A DNA stretch of 61,808 nt, counting the filler, from Stramenopiles sp. TOSAG23-2 (taxonomy: Eukaryota), in assembly GCA_900128395.1 (NCBI GenBank). It is 6 parts of 6 records of this genome, joined end to end, with 100 filler letters (N's around TTAATTAATTAA, not from the genome) between each part and the next. Parts side by side here need not be neighbours in the genome. Positions count along the whole stretch, not along the records: positions 41,398 to 51,564 come from LT650038.1; positions 51,665 to 61,808 come from LT650039.1; 4 more parts are not named here. One strand, given 5' to 3'. The translations under genes and the position numbers were made by a program. The notes below the pieces were generated by a model that had not been told where the DNA came from, searched no databases, and saw nothing but the letters and a program-made list of their open reading frames with translations. Shown here in pieces: positions 45,708 through 55,926 of this stretch (position 1 is its first letter; each line of letters starts with the position of its first letter).

Positions 45708-46625
45708 TTAATAACGACGTTGTTGATTTGCAGCTAATGGTTGGCGAGCTTGTTGTTGTTGGAATTGTTGTTGTTGACCTTGTTGCTGAGCTCTTACTTT
45801 TTTTTGCTTTTTTTTATTTAATCTGTGTTTTGCAAATCGTATTAATGCATCACGTTGTTTACGATCGATTTCTTTACCATCTAAGTATGACAAGCGATTG
45901 TTACAGTTTATTAACATGGTTTCTCGATATTTGGTAGTTTTGCATACAGGATTGCTTGTAAAAATTGCTTTTTCTAATTCTTTCAATCCACTTAAAACTT
46001 CAACTACTTCACCTGCATTTTTAATTTTATTATTGGAACAGTCTAATAATTGCAATTCCGTCATGGATGAAAATACAATAGGTGAAACAATATTACAACC
46101 GCTTACATTCAAACGAGTTAAATTGCCGCTTAAAGTGTTCAAAGTCGATGGTTCAAATGCTAACTCCATGCCGTTTTGTAGTTTTTGATTACTAACGTTT
46201 AATTCCTCCAACATAATACAACTTTCTAAGCCTGATACAGTTAATATAGCATTACCGTCTAAGAAAAGTTTTCTTAAATTTGTTGCATTTTCCAAACCTG
46301 TAATAGTAGTAATACCATTACGACTTAAATGTAAATTTGTCAATCTTTTACAAGCATTTAATGGCGTCATAGAATTCAGTAAATTATCTTGTAAATATAA
46401 TACTTGTAATGATAAACACATATCCAAGTTTTCAATCTCTTTGATATTTTTATCTTGTAACTTTAAGTGTGTTAAACGCTTTACAAATTCTTCATCAGTC
46501 TCATCTTTTGCTTTTCTCGCTGATGATGTTGAACGTTTTACAAACAATGCTATATTCATTTTATGTATTTTGGATTCTCTACTGGCGCGTCCAGTGAAAT
46601 CATATCTTGGTAAATGTTTTTTCAT
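45708..46625 (-). CDS. PPP1R42: Protein phosphatase 1 regulatory subunit 42 (LRRC67), leucine-rich repeat protein
   Basis: THLKLQDKNIKEIENLDMCLSLQVLYLQDN, ELNVSNQKL..GMELAFEPSTL..L and NPVC..TKYRE..LSYLDGKEI match PPP1R42. Confidence 0.85.
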   Translation of the reverse strand: MKKHLPRYDFTGRASRESKIHKMNIALFVKRSTSSARKAKDETDEEFVKRLTHLKLQDKNIKEIENLDMCLSLQVLYLQDNLLNSMTPLNACKRLTNLHLSRNGITTITGLENATNLRKLFLDGNAILTVSGLESCIMLEELNVSNQKLQNGMELAFEPSTLNTLSGNLTRLNVSGCNIVSPIVFSSMTELQLLDCSNNKIKNAGEVVEVLSGLKELEKAIFTSNPVCKTTKYRETMLINCNNRLSYLDGKEIDRKQRDALIRFAKHRLNKKKQKKVRAQQQGQQQQFQQQQARQPLAANQQRRY

Positions 46626-47169
46626 GTTGTTGTTTCGCTATATGTTGTTATATTTTGGTTTTTCGTTGTTGATTGTTGTTTTGCGTTTGTTCAATAAGTT
46701 TGTATTATATACAGTAATACATAGATGTAACGCGCTTTTGTAACGTCTTCCTGCTAGCTTTTCTGGCTTTCAGGCATTTCTATTCTCGTATTTACTCCTA
46801 TCAAGTGGCTTCAACACTAACAATAAATCGTACTATGGCCATAGATATTAATGTACATACACAATGATACAATGATGAAATGCAATACTAATACATGCAA
46901 AAATAAATGATGATAAAAGACGACGACTTTGAGTCTCCTCGTAATGTAGCAAAAAATCATCATTCATTTCATCATCACTTCATCTTCATCATTTTTTTTT
47001 TAGTTTTAAGTTGTTTACCAGGTTTACCAGTTTACTACAGTATTTATTTATTACAGTATACCTCCTAGTATAATATATACGGAGATGTATATCTATAGAT
47101 ATTACAACTAGAGAGAGAGACACACGATAACAAAAAGGTATATATAAATCCTACAAGATATGTATTAAC

Positions 47170-50100
47170 ATGTTTGCAAAAGAACTTGAAGAAAGAGCAA
47201 AGCGACAGGAGCTTAGGAGAAAAGCATCGGCACAATCCTTGACACCGAAAAAAAATAATAACCACTTATTAAAAAAAAAACAAAAAAATGTAAATAATAA
47301 TCATAATAAAAATATAGAACAAGATTTGGATGAAGACTCTACTGATGTTTTGGATCTATTAAATACAGATGATGAGAAAGATGAGGAAGATAATGGAGAG
47401 GAAGAGGAAGAAGACATGGATGCAGATAGTATATTTTTACGCATGGATGATGATAATCATGGGGATGAAAAAATTGCAGAAGAGAAAGTGAAAGAAAGTA
47501 GTAACTATAATAATAACACTTCGTCAAGTAATAAATCAAACGCCAAGAAAAAATCAGTATATAATAACAATATAGAATCATCAAAGGATGAAACAACATC
47601 TAACTCTCCTGGCTCATTTCAGGATAAATTGCTTCGTCAAGAGCAAGTAGCAGCTATTAATGCACAACAGCGTTCCCGTGCCCGTACCACCACTACAAAA
47701 TATGATCCACAGCAACAGTTAGCTATTGAATTTATTCGTAGAAGAGAACAAGCATGTGCATGGATAAAAAATATTATGAAGCAAAGTTCATCTAGTAGGC
47801 GTGAAAAAGAAGCGCTACCAACATCGGATACATTTGTCTCGGCATTAAAAAATGGTGTTATTTTATGTGAACTGATGCGTGTCATAAATGGTGAACGAGC
47901 TGCTAAAATTAGTATACATAGACAGTATCCTCCCGCTACAAAACAAATGAAAGAGCGTGATAATATTGAAACTTTTTTAGCGCAATGCAAAGATGTAGGT
48001 TTGGATCAAAATAGTCTTTTTGAAACGGATGATTTATATGAATCGTCGGATCACGACGGGGGTGGTAATTTAGGTGCTGTATTATATACTTTAGGTGTAT
48101 TGGCTCGTTTAGCTGAGAAAAATAAATTGATAACATCTGAAAATATGTTTTGGCATGGACATGGGTTTAAAAATAATAATTTTCCAACTCGTAAATATTC
48201 ACAAAGTGAAGTTACAAAAGCGTCGGTAGCATTATTAATGATGGATGGTGATGCTGCTACACCAATTTTGAATTTTACTGATAAAGCTGGTAGAAAAAAT
48301 AGTTTTGATAATAAAAACAAGAACAAAGATACTACTTTAAGTAGTGATAGCAACGGTGGAAATCTTATAGACAATAACAAGAAAATTAGCAATAATAATA
48401 ACAATAATGACAACAATAACAAAAATGAAATAAATGATAACAATAGTAATAATAATAATAACAACAACAATAGTAAAACTAGTAGTAGTAATTATATTGA
48501 TCATGATGACGAGACATGGGGTAGTAGTAGTGATGATAGCGACGATGATGATAACAATGGTTCTATTCGTGGACGTACTACAAGAGGTCAATCTGTAAAT
48601 TTAAAGGAACTTGATGAATCGAAAAAAGATTTTAAAAAAAGATTAGAGCTAGTCAAACGTAAATTAATCGTAACACAATCTGAAATTGAAACAGTTGATG
48701 AGGATGCGGTTTCTGATCGAAAAAGACGCCCCAGTTCAACTTTATCTTCCTTGTCACCAGCTTATTTGCGCAAAAGAACCAGTGATGGATACACATCAGG
48801 TGATGAAGAAGCTGGTCTTCCTGCATGTTATGGCACATTGGAGAATGAGGTGCTAGTAGGGAAAAACGATGAAGCAACATTATTATCTTCGCTTTATCAT
48901 CGTAACAGTATCAGCATCAACAATCAACGCCTGAACAGTAACAGTAATAATAACAAGCGAGAAGTTACAAGTGTACAAAAAGCTAAAGTTGTCATATCTT
49001 GGTTAATTGACCAAGGATTGGAAGAATATGTCACCACATTTCAGAACTCAGGATGGGATGATCCTAAAACCATTGCAACGTTGTTAACTGAACATGAATT
49101 GTTAAGAATGGGCATTAAAAAGCGTGGCCATATTTTGCAGCTTTTGTCAAATATTCCAAAATTACGAAGGCAGCTCCGTATTGGCGACAGAAAATCTTCT
49201 GTTTCTCATGTCGAAATGGCATCATCATCGTCTAATGTTGAATCGACTGTGGAAACATTGCCAGCAGATTTAATGAAAATGTGGGATGGTTTAAAGACAA
49301 CAATAAAATCAACAAATGATGATGACAATACAACCGAAAGTAGTTCAACGGCGAAAAATATCAAGTCTATTGAAAATGTTTTACTTGCTACTGAAAATTT
49401 ATTAATACCAAAAAAAGTTGGCGTTCGACCAATTGTTTTTGATATTGGTTGGCACTCGATTCGCGTTGGTTATGCTGGTGCTGAACGACCTGAGTTAGTC
49501 GTACCATCTGTGAAAGGTGTTGTGAAAGAACTGTTTCGCGATACAACAACTGCAAAGCAAATGAAAAATGGTACCTTGTGTTGTGAAGTTGCTGATGAAT
49601 ATGCAGAAATCTGTAAACTTCGGCCACCATTACGTCGTGGTATAGATGAAATTTCAGACCCAGAGGTCATTGAGTGGGATGACTTGAATGAGATTATTGA
49701 ATATATTTATAGTCGCTTAGGCGTCAAACCTGAAATCCATCCCGTAGTAATTGTTGAAGCATGGCCAAATTGTCCTTTTGAAGATCGTAGTCGGTTGGTG
49801 CAGCTATTTTTTGACACTTATAAAGTTCCATACATATCGTTACTACCCCAAGCACCACTTGTACTTGCTGCGTATGGTTTGTTAAATGGTTTAGTCCTAG
49901 ATATTGGAGAGTCTTTTGCTAGGGCTGTTCCCGTATTTGATGGCAATGCCCTTGCAAATGCCTCTACACGATCACCTGTAGCTGGTCTAGAAGTTACACA
50001 ACAAACGATGAGAACTTTAACATTTGATGGGTTTAAATTCGGCTCTTTTGCTAATGCTGGGCGTACGGATGGGTTCCAAACTGGTAAATCTTGGTTAGAA

Positions 50101-51081
50101 AGGCGTGCTGCAGGCGTTTTAAAAGAAAAATTATGTTACGTCTCTGAAAATGTACGTAAGTCCGTTCCAATGGTAAGAGCCGTTGATGCTAAGTCGTTAC
50201 CAATACATTTGCAACCTACCTTGCAAGTCTCTTCAAATGCAGAATTTGTTAATTGGTCTAAGCATCGTTTTGAAATAACAGAGTGCATGTTCAATCCATC
50301 ATTAATTCGTGGAGATCAATATTATGCCGAAGGCAGTTTGCAAAGCACGGTCATGTCAGCTATATCGCAATTACCTCCAGCGATTCAACGGAGTATGTAT
50401 GCATATGTTTTTGTTACTGGTGGTACTTCCGTTTGTCCAGGGCTTCCTAAACGATTGTACAACGAAATTAAAGATTCCATACATGCATCGTATGATGTGC
50501 GTGTAATTGCACCAGCGGGGAGGGAAAATGCGGCTTGGAGAGGTGGTTCTATATTAGCAGCAAGGCACGATTTCATTGAAAACTTGTGTGTCTCTAAGGA
50601 TGTATATAATACTAGTGGTCTTGGGGCTACGCTGGAACATGTGCTAGAGATGAGTGGATTGTCGTTCGAAGGTACATCATCCTACACCAGTGTAGTCGTA
50701 GATGATGAGCATAAAGCAACATCCAGTTTACAACAACTAATTAAAGCGTCTATTCGTGACAGCAGTAGCGATGCAGAGGCACGTGAAAAATACGATAAAG
50801 TTAAATCGACTATCACTGCTCTTCAATCGATGACTGCAACTTTTTTACAAAATATGAAAGACGTGCAAGATTGCCATAATCAAATTGATAGAGTAAAAGA
50901 CGAATTGGCAAGATCGAAATCGAAATGGGCTGCAGCTGATAGAGTTAGGTGTAAAGCAGCTGCATCCGCGTGTAAGGCGCGTTTAAAAAGAGCTGAGCAA
51001 ACTGCAAATACTTTGCGAAAGGAATTGGCTGATCAGAAAAAAATGGCAGAGTTGTTAAACGATGATAAATCGTTGTTTTAA
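47170..51081 (+). CDS. Multidomain actin-related protein: calponin-homology domain + SAM domain + actin fold + coiled coil
   Basis: CH: LKNGVILCELM..NIETFL..FETDDLYE..AVLYTL. SAM: VISWL..GLEEYVTTF..GWDD..LTEHELLRMGIKKRGH. Actin: IVFDIGWHSIRVGYAG, GLVLDIGE...AVPVFDG, LKEKLCYV, VTGGTS..PGL..RL and AWRGGSILA. Confidence 0.9.
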   Translation: MFAKELEERAKRQELRRKASAQSLTPKKNNNHLLKKKQKNVNNNHNKNIEQDLDEDSTDVLDLLNTDDEKDEEDNGEEEEEDMDADSIFLRMDDDNHGDEKIAEEKVKESSNYNNNTSSSNKSNAKKKSVYNNNIESSKDETTSNSPGSFQDKLLRQEQVAAINAQQRSRARTTTTKYDPQQQLAIEFIRRREQACAWIKNIMKQSSSSRREKEALPTSDTFVSALKNGVILCELMRVINGERAAKISIHRQYPPATKQMKERDNIETFLAQCKDVGLDQNSLFETDDLYESSDHDGGGNLGAVLYTLGVLARLAEKNKLITSENMFWHGHGFKNNNFPTRKYSQSEVTKASVALLMMDGDAATPILNFTDKAGRKNSFDNKNKNKDTTLSSDSNGGNLIDNNKKISNNNNNNDNNNKNEINDNNSNNNNNNNNSKTSSSNYIDHDDETWGSSSDDSDDDDNNGSIRGRTTRGQSVNLKELDESKKDFKKRLELVKRKLIVTQSEIETVDEDAVSDRKRRPSSTLSSLSPAYLRKRTSDGYTSGDEEAGLPACYGTLENEVLVGKNDEATLLSSLYHRNSISINNQRLNSNSNNNKREVTSVQKAKVVISWLIDQGLEEYVTTFQNSGWDDPKTIATLLTEHELLRMGIKKRGHILQLLSNIPKLRRQLRIGDRKSSVSHVEMASSSSNVESTVETLPADLMKMWDGLKTTIKSTNDDDNTTESSSTAKNIKSIENVLLATENLLIPKKVGVRPIVFDIGWHSIRVGYAGAERPELVVPSVKGVVKELFRDTTTAKQMKNGTLCCEVADEYAEICKLRPPLRRGIDEISDPEVIEWDDLNEIIEYIYSRLGVKPEIHPVVIVEAWPNCPFEDRSRLVQLFFDTYKVPYISLLPQAPLVLAAYGLLNGLVLDIGESFARAVPVFDGNALANASTRSPVAGLEVTQQTMRTLTFDGFKFGSFANAGRTDGFQTGKSWLERRAAGVLKEKLCYVSENVRKSVPMVRAVDAKSLPIHLQPTLQVSSNAEFVNWSKHRFEITECMFNPSLIRGDQYYAEGSLQSTVMSAISQLPPAIQRSMYAYVFVTGGTSVCPGLPKRLYNEIKDSIHASYDVRVIAPAGRENAAWRGGSILAARHDFIENLCVSKDVYNTSGLGATLEHVLEMSGLSFEGTSSYTSVVVDDEHKATSSLQQLIKASIRDSSSDAEAREKYDKVKSTITALQSMTATFLQNMKDVQDCHNQIDRVKDELARSKSKWAAADRVRCKAAASACKARLKRAEQTANTLRKELADQKKMAELLNDDKSLF

Positions 51082-51326
51082 GTCACTGAGTATAGCAAAA
51101 CCAAAACAAATGAAATTGAATGTTACGATTCGTGCCTTTGCCGGTCATGAATAACGCCACCATGTCATCCTCCAGCTTGCATGAATACGTTGAATTTAGA
51201 TGTAGCTAAATTTCCATCAGATTATGTGACTAAGTTGCGAAAACATATAAAAAAGTTAAAATAGTGTTCGTATAAAATATTAGGCCTATTTTTTCATCAG
51301 TTTGAATTTGAGTTTATTTTCTTCAC

Positions 51327-51558
51327 TCAAGTACAAAAAATACCTAATCTGACCTATCAAATATATCAAACACTACAAATCTACTGAGTATATAAAAAGT
51401 ATCATATGAAGTACAAATATGATAGGAAATGAAAAACAGAAAACATGGCAGAAAAACACAATTTTCACGAGTAAAATGTTGATAGTGCTGTGTCCATGCT
51501 AATTTTTAAATGCTATTTCCATATATTAAAAAAACTTCATAGGGAGAATTACCATTAC
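51327..51558 (+). repeat. ~230-bp dispersed repeat, copy 2, ending just before the contig end
   Basis: Closely similar to 9098-9331. Confidence 0.9.
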
Positions 51559-51564
51559 TATAGA

Positions 51565-51664
51565 NNNNNNNNNNNNNNNNNNNNNNNNNNNNNNNNNNNN
51601 NNNNNNNNTTAATTAATTAANNNNNNNNNNNNNNNNNNNNNNNNNNNNNNNNNNNNNNNNNNNN
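51565..51664. other. Artificial contig-joining spacer
   Basis: N44-TTAATTAATTAA-N44. Confidence 0.98.
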
Positions 51665-51666
51665 AA

Positions 51667-52350
51667 GCATTTGGATCAGATGATTTTGAACGTGTACGTG
51701 ATATAGCATTGAGTCTAAGCTTTGACGGTAGAAGAAGTATAAATGAGTTGATACTTTCACACTCAGCGAGAAGGTTATATTTATTAATTGAAAGATATAA
51801 AAGAGAGTTTCCACGTGGTACATTTCGCAGGGATGCAATACCAACACCTATCGTATGTGCATGTGAACATGGACGTATGGATGATGTAGAATTATTTATG
51901 AATCTTCATCCTTTTCACAAGTATATTACTAATCGTGACGTGAATGGCTACAGAGATGATATGACATTGAAAGAGATGGTGAGTCAAGTCGGTGCAGATA
52001 GTCGTGGTTGGGAACATACACCTTTAATGACAGCTGCATGGAACGAACATTTCCAAATAGTTAAATATTTAATTGAACAAGGTGAAGCTGATCCTAATAT
52101 TGCAAATAGGCATGGACAGAATGCATTGCATTGGGCAGCATGTTATAACAGAACGACTTCTGAGTTGATTGAATTGTTATTAACTCATATGACTCTTGAA
52201 AGCATTAATAAGAAGCAGGTCGGGGAATTGACTCCCCTGGACTTGGCATATCGTGATAATCGTAGTCCACTTCGCCAAGAGATCATTGCACTTTTACGTT
52301 TAAAAGGTGGAAAAGCAAATTTTCATGATGAAAATGGTATAGATATGTAG
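51667..52350 (+). CDS. Ankyrin-repeat protein, 5'-truncated
   Basis: The frame is open from the contig edge. TPIVCAC, TPLMTAA..HFQIVKYLIEQGEADPN, NALHWAA and TPLDLA. Confidence 0.88.
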   Translation, partial: AFGSDDFERVRDIALSLSFDGRRSINELILSHSARRLYLLIERYKREFPRGTFRRDAIPTPIVCACEHGRMDDVELFMNLHPFHKYITNRDVNGYRDDMTLKEMVSQVGADSRGWEHTPLMTAAWNEHFQIVKYLIEQGEADPNIANRHGQNALHWAACYNRTTSELIELLLTHMTLESINKKQVGELTPLDLAYRDNRSPLRQEIIALLRLKGGKANFHDENGIDM

Positions 52351-52669
52351 GAAGAGGTAATGGTGATTTAAATCATTAAAAAAATTAAAAACACAAAAGT
52401 GTGGTGCGTGTACTTGGAGAGTGTGTGGTAGTAATCAATATTTAAGTACTAAACAATGCAGTCTTCATATATATATTATATACGGTGTGTTCACTTTTTC
52501 TTGTTCTCCTTTCTCTCTCCTTCTCTCTCTATAGCTATAGTTTTCCCCACGCATTTGAATTGAAACCAAACCACTCTCAGTCGCACGTGGTCAAAGTTAA
52601 ACTATTGCCAATCATCCATCCATCTCCATCTAGGAATAATTAAATATACATATACTAAATCGAATAAAA

Positions 52670-53569
52670 CTACATGCCACCAACATATTCAATATTAATA
52701 TGAATATTTGGTGATGTTGTTGATGTAATTTTATAATGTCCAGGTTTACCATATGTACCACTACTTTTATTCGACATACCATGTTTTTCCATCATTGCAT
52801 TACGAGCATTTAAATATGCTTTCACGGATGGGATCGATGCAACCATTTCACTATGTTTTTTCATTATTGGATATGAATTTAACACTTCGACACCGTATAC
52901 TTTTGCAACACCATTTAAATTTTCAAGACGATTAAATACAGATACATCTGCCCATGATAAACTATTACCAATGAAAAAACCACTTGGTTCCAATAAATGT
53001 TCAAGTTGACTCATCATTACAGGTAATTTTTCAACTGACCATTGTTGAAATGCTTTTTCCCTTTCCTCTTTTGGTCTCATCGTCGTCCCTGCTCTCCCTG
53101 GTACACCATCCATAAACAATGGCGTAGTGGAATATTGGATATCACCTGTGTGTTCGAAGATTTGATCTGATTTTAATTGCATGATGATATCTGATGGATA
53201 TAAATTTGCTAATCGAGCAGCAAAACGAGCAATTGATGATGTTTGTGCATACATTATTCCATTTACTTGCAAAGCAGGCATTTGGTTAAATGGAAATGGA
53301 GAACCATTTGTTGGATCTTTTTTATTTATTGGATCTGGTTTTGTAATTGCTGCAAATTCATTCCCTGGGTATCTAAAATCATCGTAACTAATACCAGCCA
53401 TAGCCAACATCATCCTTGTAATTTCCCCTCTTCCTGGACCATCTCCATAATGTATTGCAATCCTCGGTAAACTTTGTTCTAAGTTTACATGTTGTTGCCC
53501 AGAATTCACTCTAGCAGCGGAAGATGTTGTTGATGTTGGGTTTGTTTGTATAAAATGTACTTTTGACAT
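52670..53569 (-). CDS. Glutathione S-transferase (sigma-like)
   Basis: Y....GRGEITRMMLA..GISYDDFR, PFNQMPAL, AQTSSIARFAAR and FFIGNSLSWAD. Confidence 0.92.
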   Translation of the reverse strand: MSKVHFIQTNPTSTTSSAARVNSGQQHVNLEQSLPRIAIHYGDGPGRGEITRMMLAMAGISYDDFRYPGNEFAAITKPDPINKKDPTNGSPFPFNQMPALQVNGIMYAQTSSIARFAARLANLYPSDIIMQLKSDQIFEHTGDIQYSTTPLFMDGVPGRAGTTMRPKEEREKAFQQWSVEKLPVMMSQLEHLLEPSGFFIGNSLSWADVSVFNRLENLNGVAKVYGVEVLNSYPIMKKHSEMVASIPSVKAYLNARNAMMEKHGMSNKSSGTYGKPGHYKITSTTSPNIHINIEYVGGM

Positions 53570-53915
53570 GTTATATATAATATATATAATGATATATAAT
53601 GCTTTCTTATAATTTCTGTTGTTACTCTTACGTTTTTAACAGTTTTTATTTTCTTTCTCCTCTTCCGTTTTTCTTTGTTCCTCTTTAATTTAGTTTTTTT
53701 TTTTTCTCTCTCTTACACTATACACACACACACACACATCATCATCATTTGTCTGTATATTAAATTATTTATTACAACCACGCGTTGGACTTAGACTGTG
53801 GCGATGATCATTTTTTCCTTTTTGATTTCCACACTGTATACTCTAGAGAAAAATACATCCGGTGATGGCGCGGGGTATAAATGATATATAATATACAAAA
53901 ACCTGTTATGTATAA

Positions 53916-55202
53916 ATGTACAGAATAACGATGGAAACAATTGATTATTTAGATGCTGAGGAGGAGGATGGTGAGGAGGGAAACGATCTTGTATATGAAA
54001 CATTTGTAACAAAATATATGAAACAAAATAGACCGGTAATTATTAATAATTATATCCATCGCCATTGGAAATGTTTTGAGACATTTAGAAAAAAAAATGG
54101 TAACATTAATATTGAATATTTACTGCAAAAATTTAAAGATATAAAACAAGTGCCTGTGGTACAATCATCATCTTCCTATGATAATAATACGACAAATATG
54201 ACGTTTCGGGAATTTATAAAATTAATAAAATCATCATCTTTTAATAATGAAACAAATAATAATAGCCAAAAAGATGATAAAAAGAATAATAGCTTCTATT
54301 ATTATTTAAAAGATTGGCATTATTGCATAGAATGTAAAAAAAATAATATAAAATGTGAATATAATACACCAATTTATTTTGAAAACGATTGGTTGAATGA
54401 ATGGTGGAATAAAAAAGGGCGTGCAAATATTAGTAGTACTATAATAAATGAAGAAGAAAAAAAGAAGAAGAATACGACAAGAACAACAACAAAAACAATA
54501 GAAGAAGAAGAATCACAATCAGATTATAAATTTTTATATTTAGGTTTAAAAAATTCATATACACCACTTCATCATGATATATTTTTATCATATTCATGGT
54601 CGGGTCAAATACAAGGAAGAAAAAAATGGTATTTATATCCACCAAATCAAACTAAACATTTAATTGATATACATGGTACCGTTGCTCGGACAGGTATATG
54701 GAATGATTTATCAAAAGATGAACAAATAAAATATCCAGGAATTCAAACAAATGTTCATCCAATCATTATTATACAATATCCAAATCAATTAATTTTTATT
54801 CCATCTGGATGGTATCATGAAGTATATAATATTGATGAAACGTCTTTATCTATCAATCATAATTGGTTTAATCAATATAACCTTCCGATGGTATGGAACC
54901 ATTTAAAAAACGAATGGAAGGATACGATTAAAGCAATATGTGATTTAAAAGATATCATGGATCCAATAAGTTTTCAAAATGAATGTTTAAAATTAATGAA
55001 TCGTAATACAGGTATCAATATTGTTGAATTTCAACAGATGTTATCATGGAAAATTAATAAACAACAAGTTAAAGTTGAAGAAGAAGTAGGGGAGGAAGCG
55101 GATAACAGTAAATCCAATTTTACTTCAACAACATTGAATGTTAATGAAATTGAAGTAGTAGAAAATATTATTACTGAAATTTATGAATTGTTATTATTGT
55201 AA
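53916..55202 (+). CDS. JMJD4: JmjC-domain 2-oxoglutarate oxygenase, JMJD4-like
   Basis: YLKDWH, FENDWLNE, DYKFLYLG...TPLHHD..SYSWS..IQGRKKW, FIPSGWYHEVYN and SINHNWFN. The HxD...H triad is intact. Confidence 0.88.
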   Translation: MYRITMETIDYLDAEEEDGEEGNDLVYETFVTKYMKQNRPVIINNYIHRHWKCFETFRKKNGNINIEYLLQKFKDIKQVPVVQSSSSYDNNTTNMTFREFIKLIKSSSFNNETNNNSQKDDKKNNSFYYYLKDWHYCIECKKNNIKCEYNTPIYFENDWLNEWWNKKGRANISSTIINEEEKKKKNTTRTTTKTIEEEESQSDYKFLYLGLKNSYTPLHHDIFLSYSWSGQIQGRKKWYLYPPNQTKHLIDIHGTVARTGIWNDLSKDEQIKYPGIQTNVHPIIIIQYPNQLIFIPSGWYHEVYNIDETSLSINHNWFNQYNLPMVWNHLKNEWKDTIKAICDLKDIMDPISFQNECLKLMNRNTGINIVEFQQMLSWKINKQQVKVEEEVGEEADNSKSNFTSTTLNVNEIEVVENIITEIYELLLL

Positions 55203-55926
55203 TTGTGCCTATCAGTTTCGAAATGACAGTTGGTTCATTACTTTTACTACAAAATCATAATTTGCTTTTTATGTTCACTATATTATATATAGATTTATTT
55301 AGATCTTGGGGAGAAGATAACTTCATAAAATCCAAAAATGACCAATATGTTAAAATTTGGATGAAAATATCTAGTAGAATATCCGAGTTTATGATATTAT
55401 CCTATATAAATATATATTTATAGTATACTAAATCTATACTTATTTGAATTTAATTTTGGGGATCGTTTTTTCGTACTCGCTGGTTCTTCCCCCCGGCCCA
55501 TTATATAATACATAAATTTTGATATTCTAATTTCCCTATTTCAAGTACAAATTATAGCTTTTTATTTTTTTTTTTTGCAGAAAAAATTTTTTAAATTTTT
55601 TTTGAATTTTGCAATTAATTTGTGTTACAAATAACTGCTGATATAGTCATTGATAAAGGTTGTACGATAAATTTATTTTGTGAAACATTTGTTTACGTAA
55701 CTTATGCATATTGAAGGCGCGATTTAACATTTACAATATTATTATATCGCTGTTCTTTCATTCGTTTGTTGTGTTTTTTGTTGTGTTTTTGTATTGTTTT
55801 CTTTTTTTTTTTGGTGGTGTTTATTAATAATTAATTTTGAAATTTTTCACCTTCCGTTTTCACGTTTGTTTGTTTGTTTTTTTTCATAAGTAACAACAAC
55901 ACACAATATAAATATATATATATACC

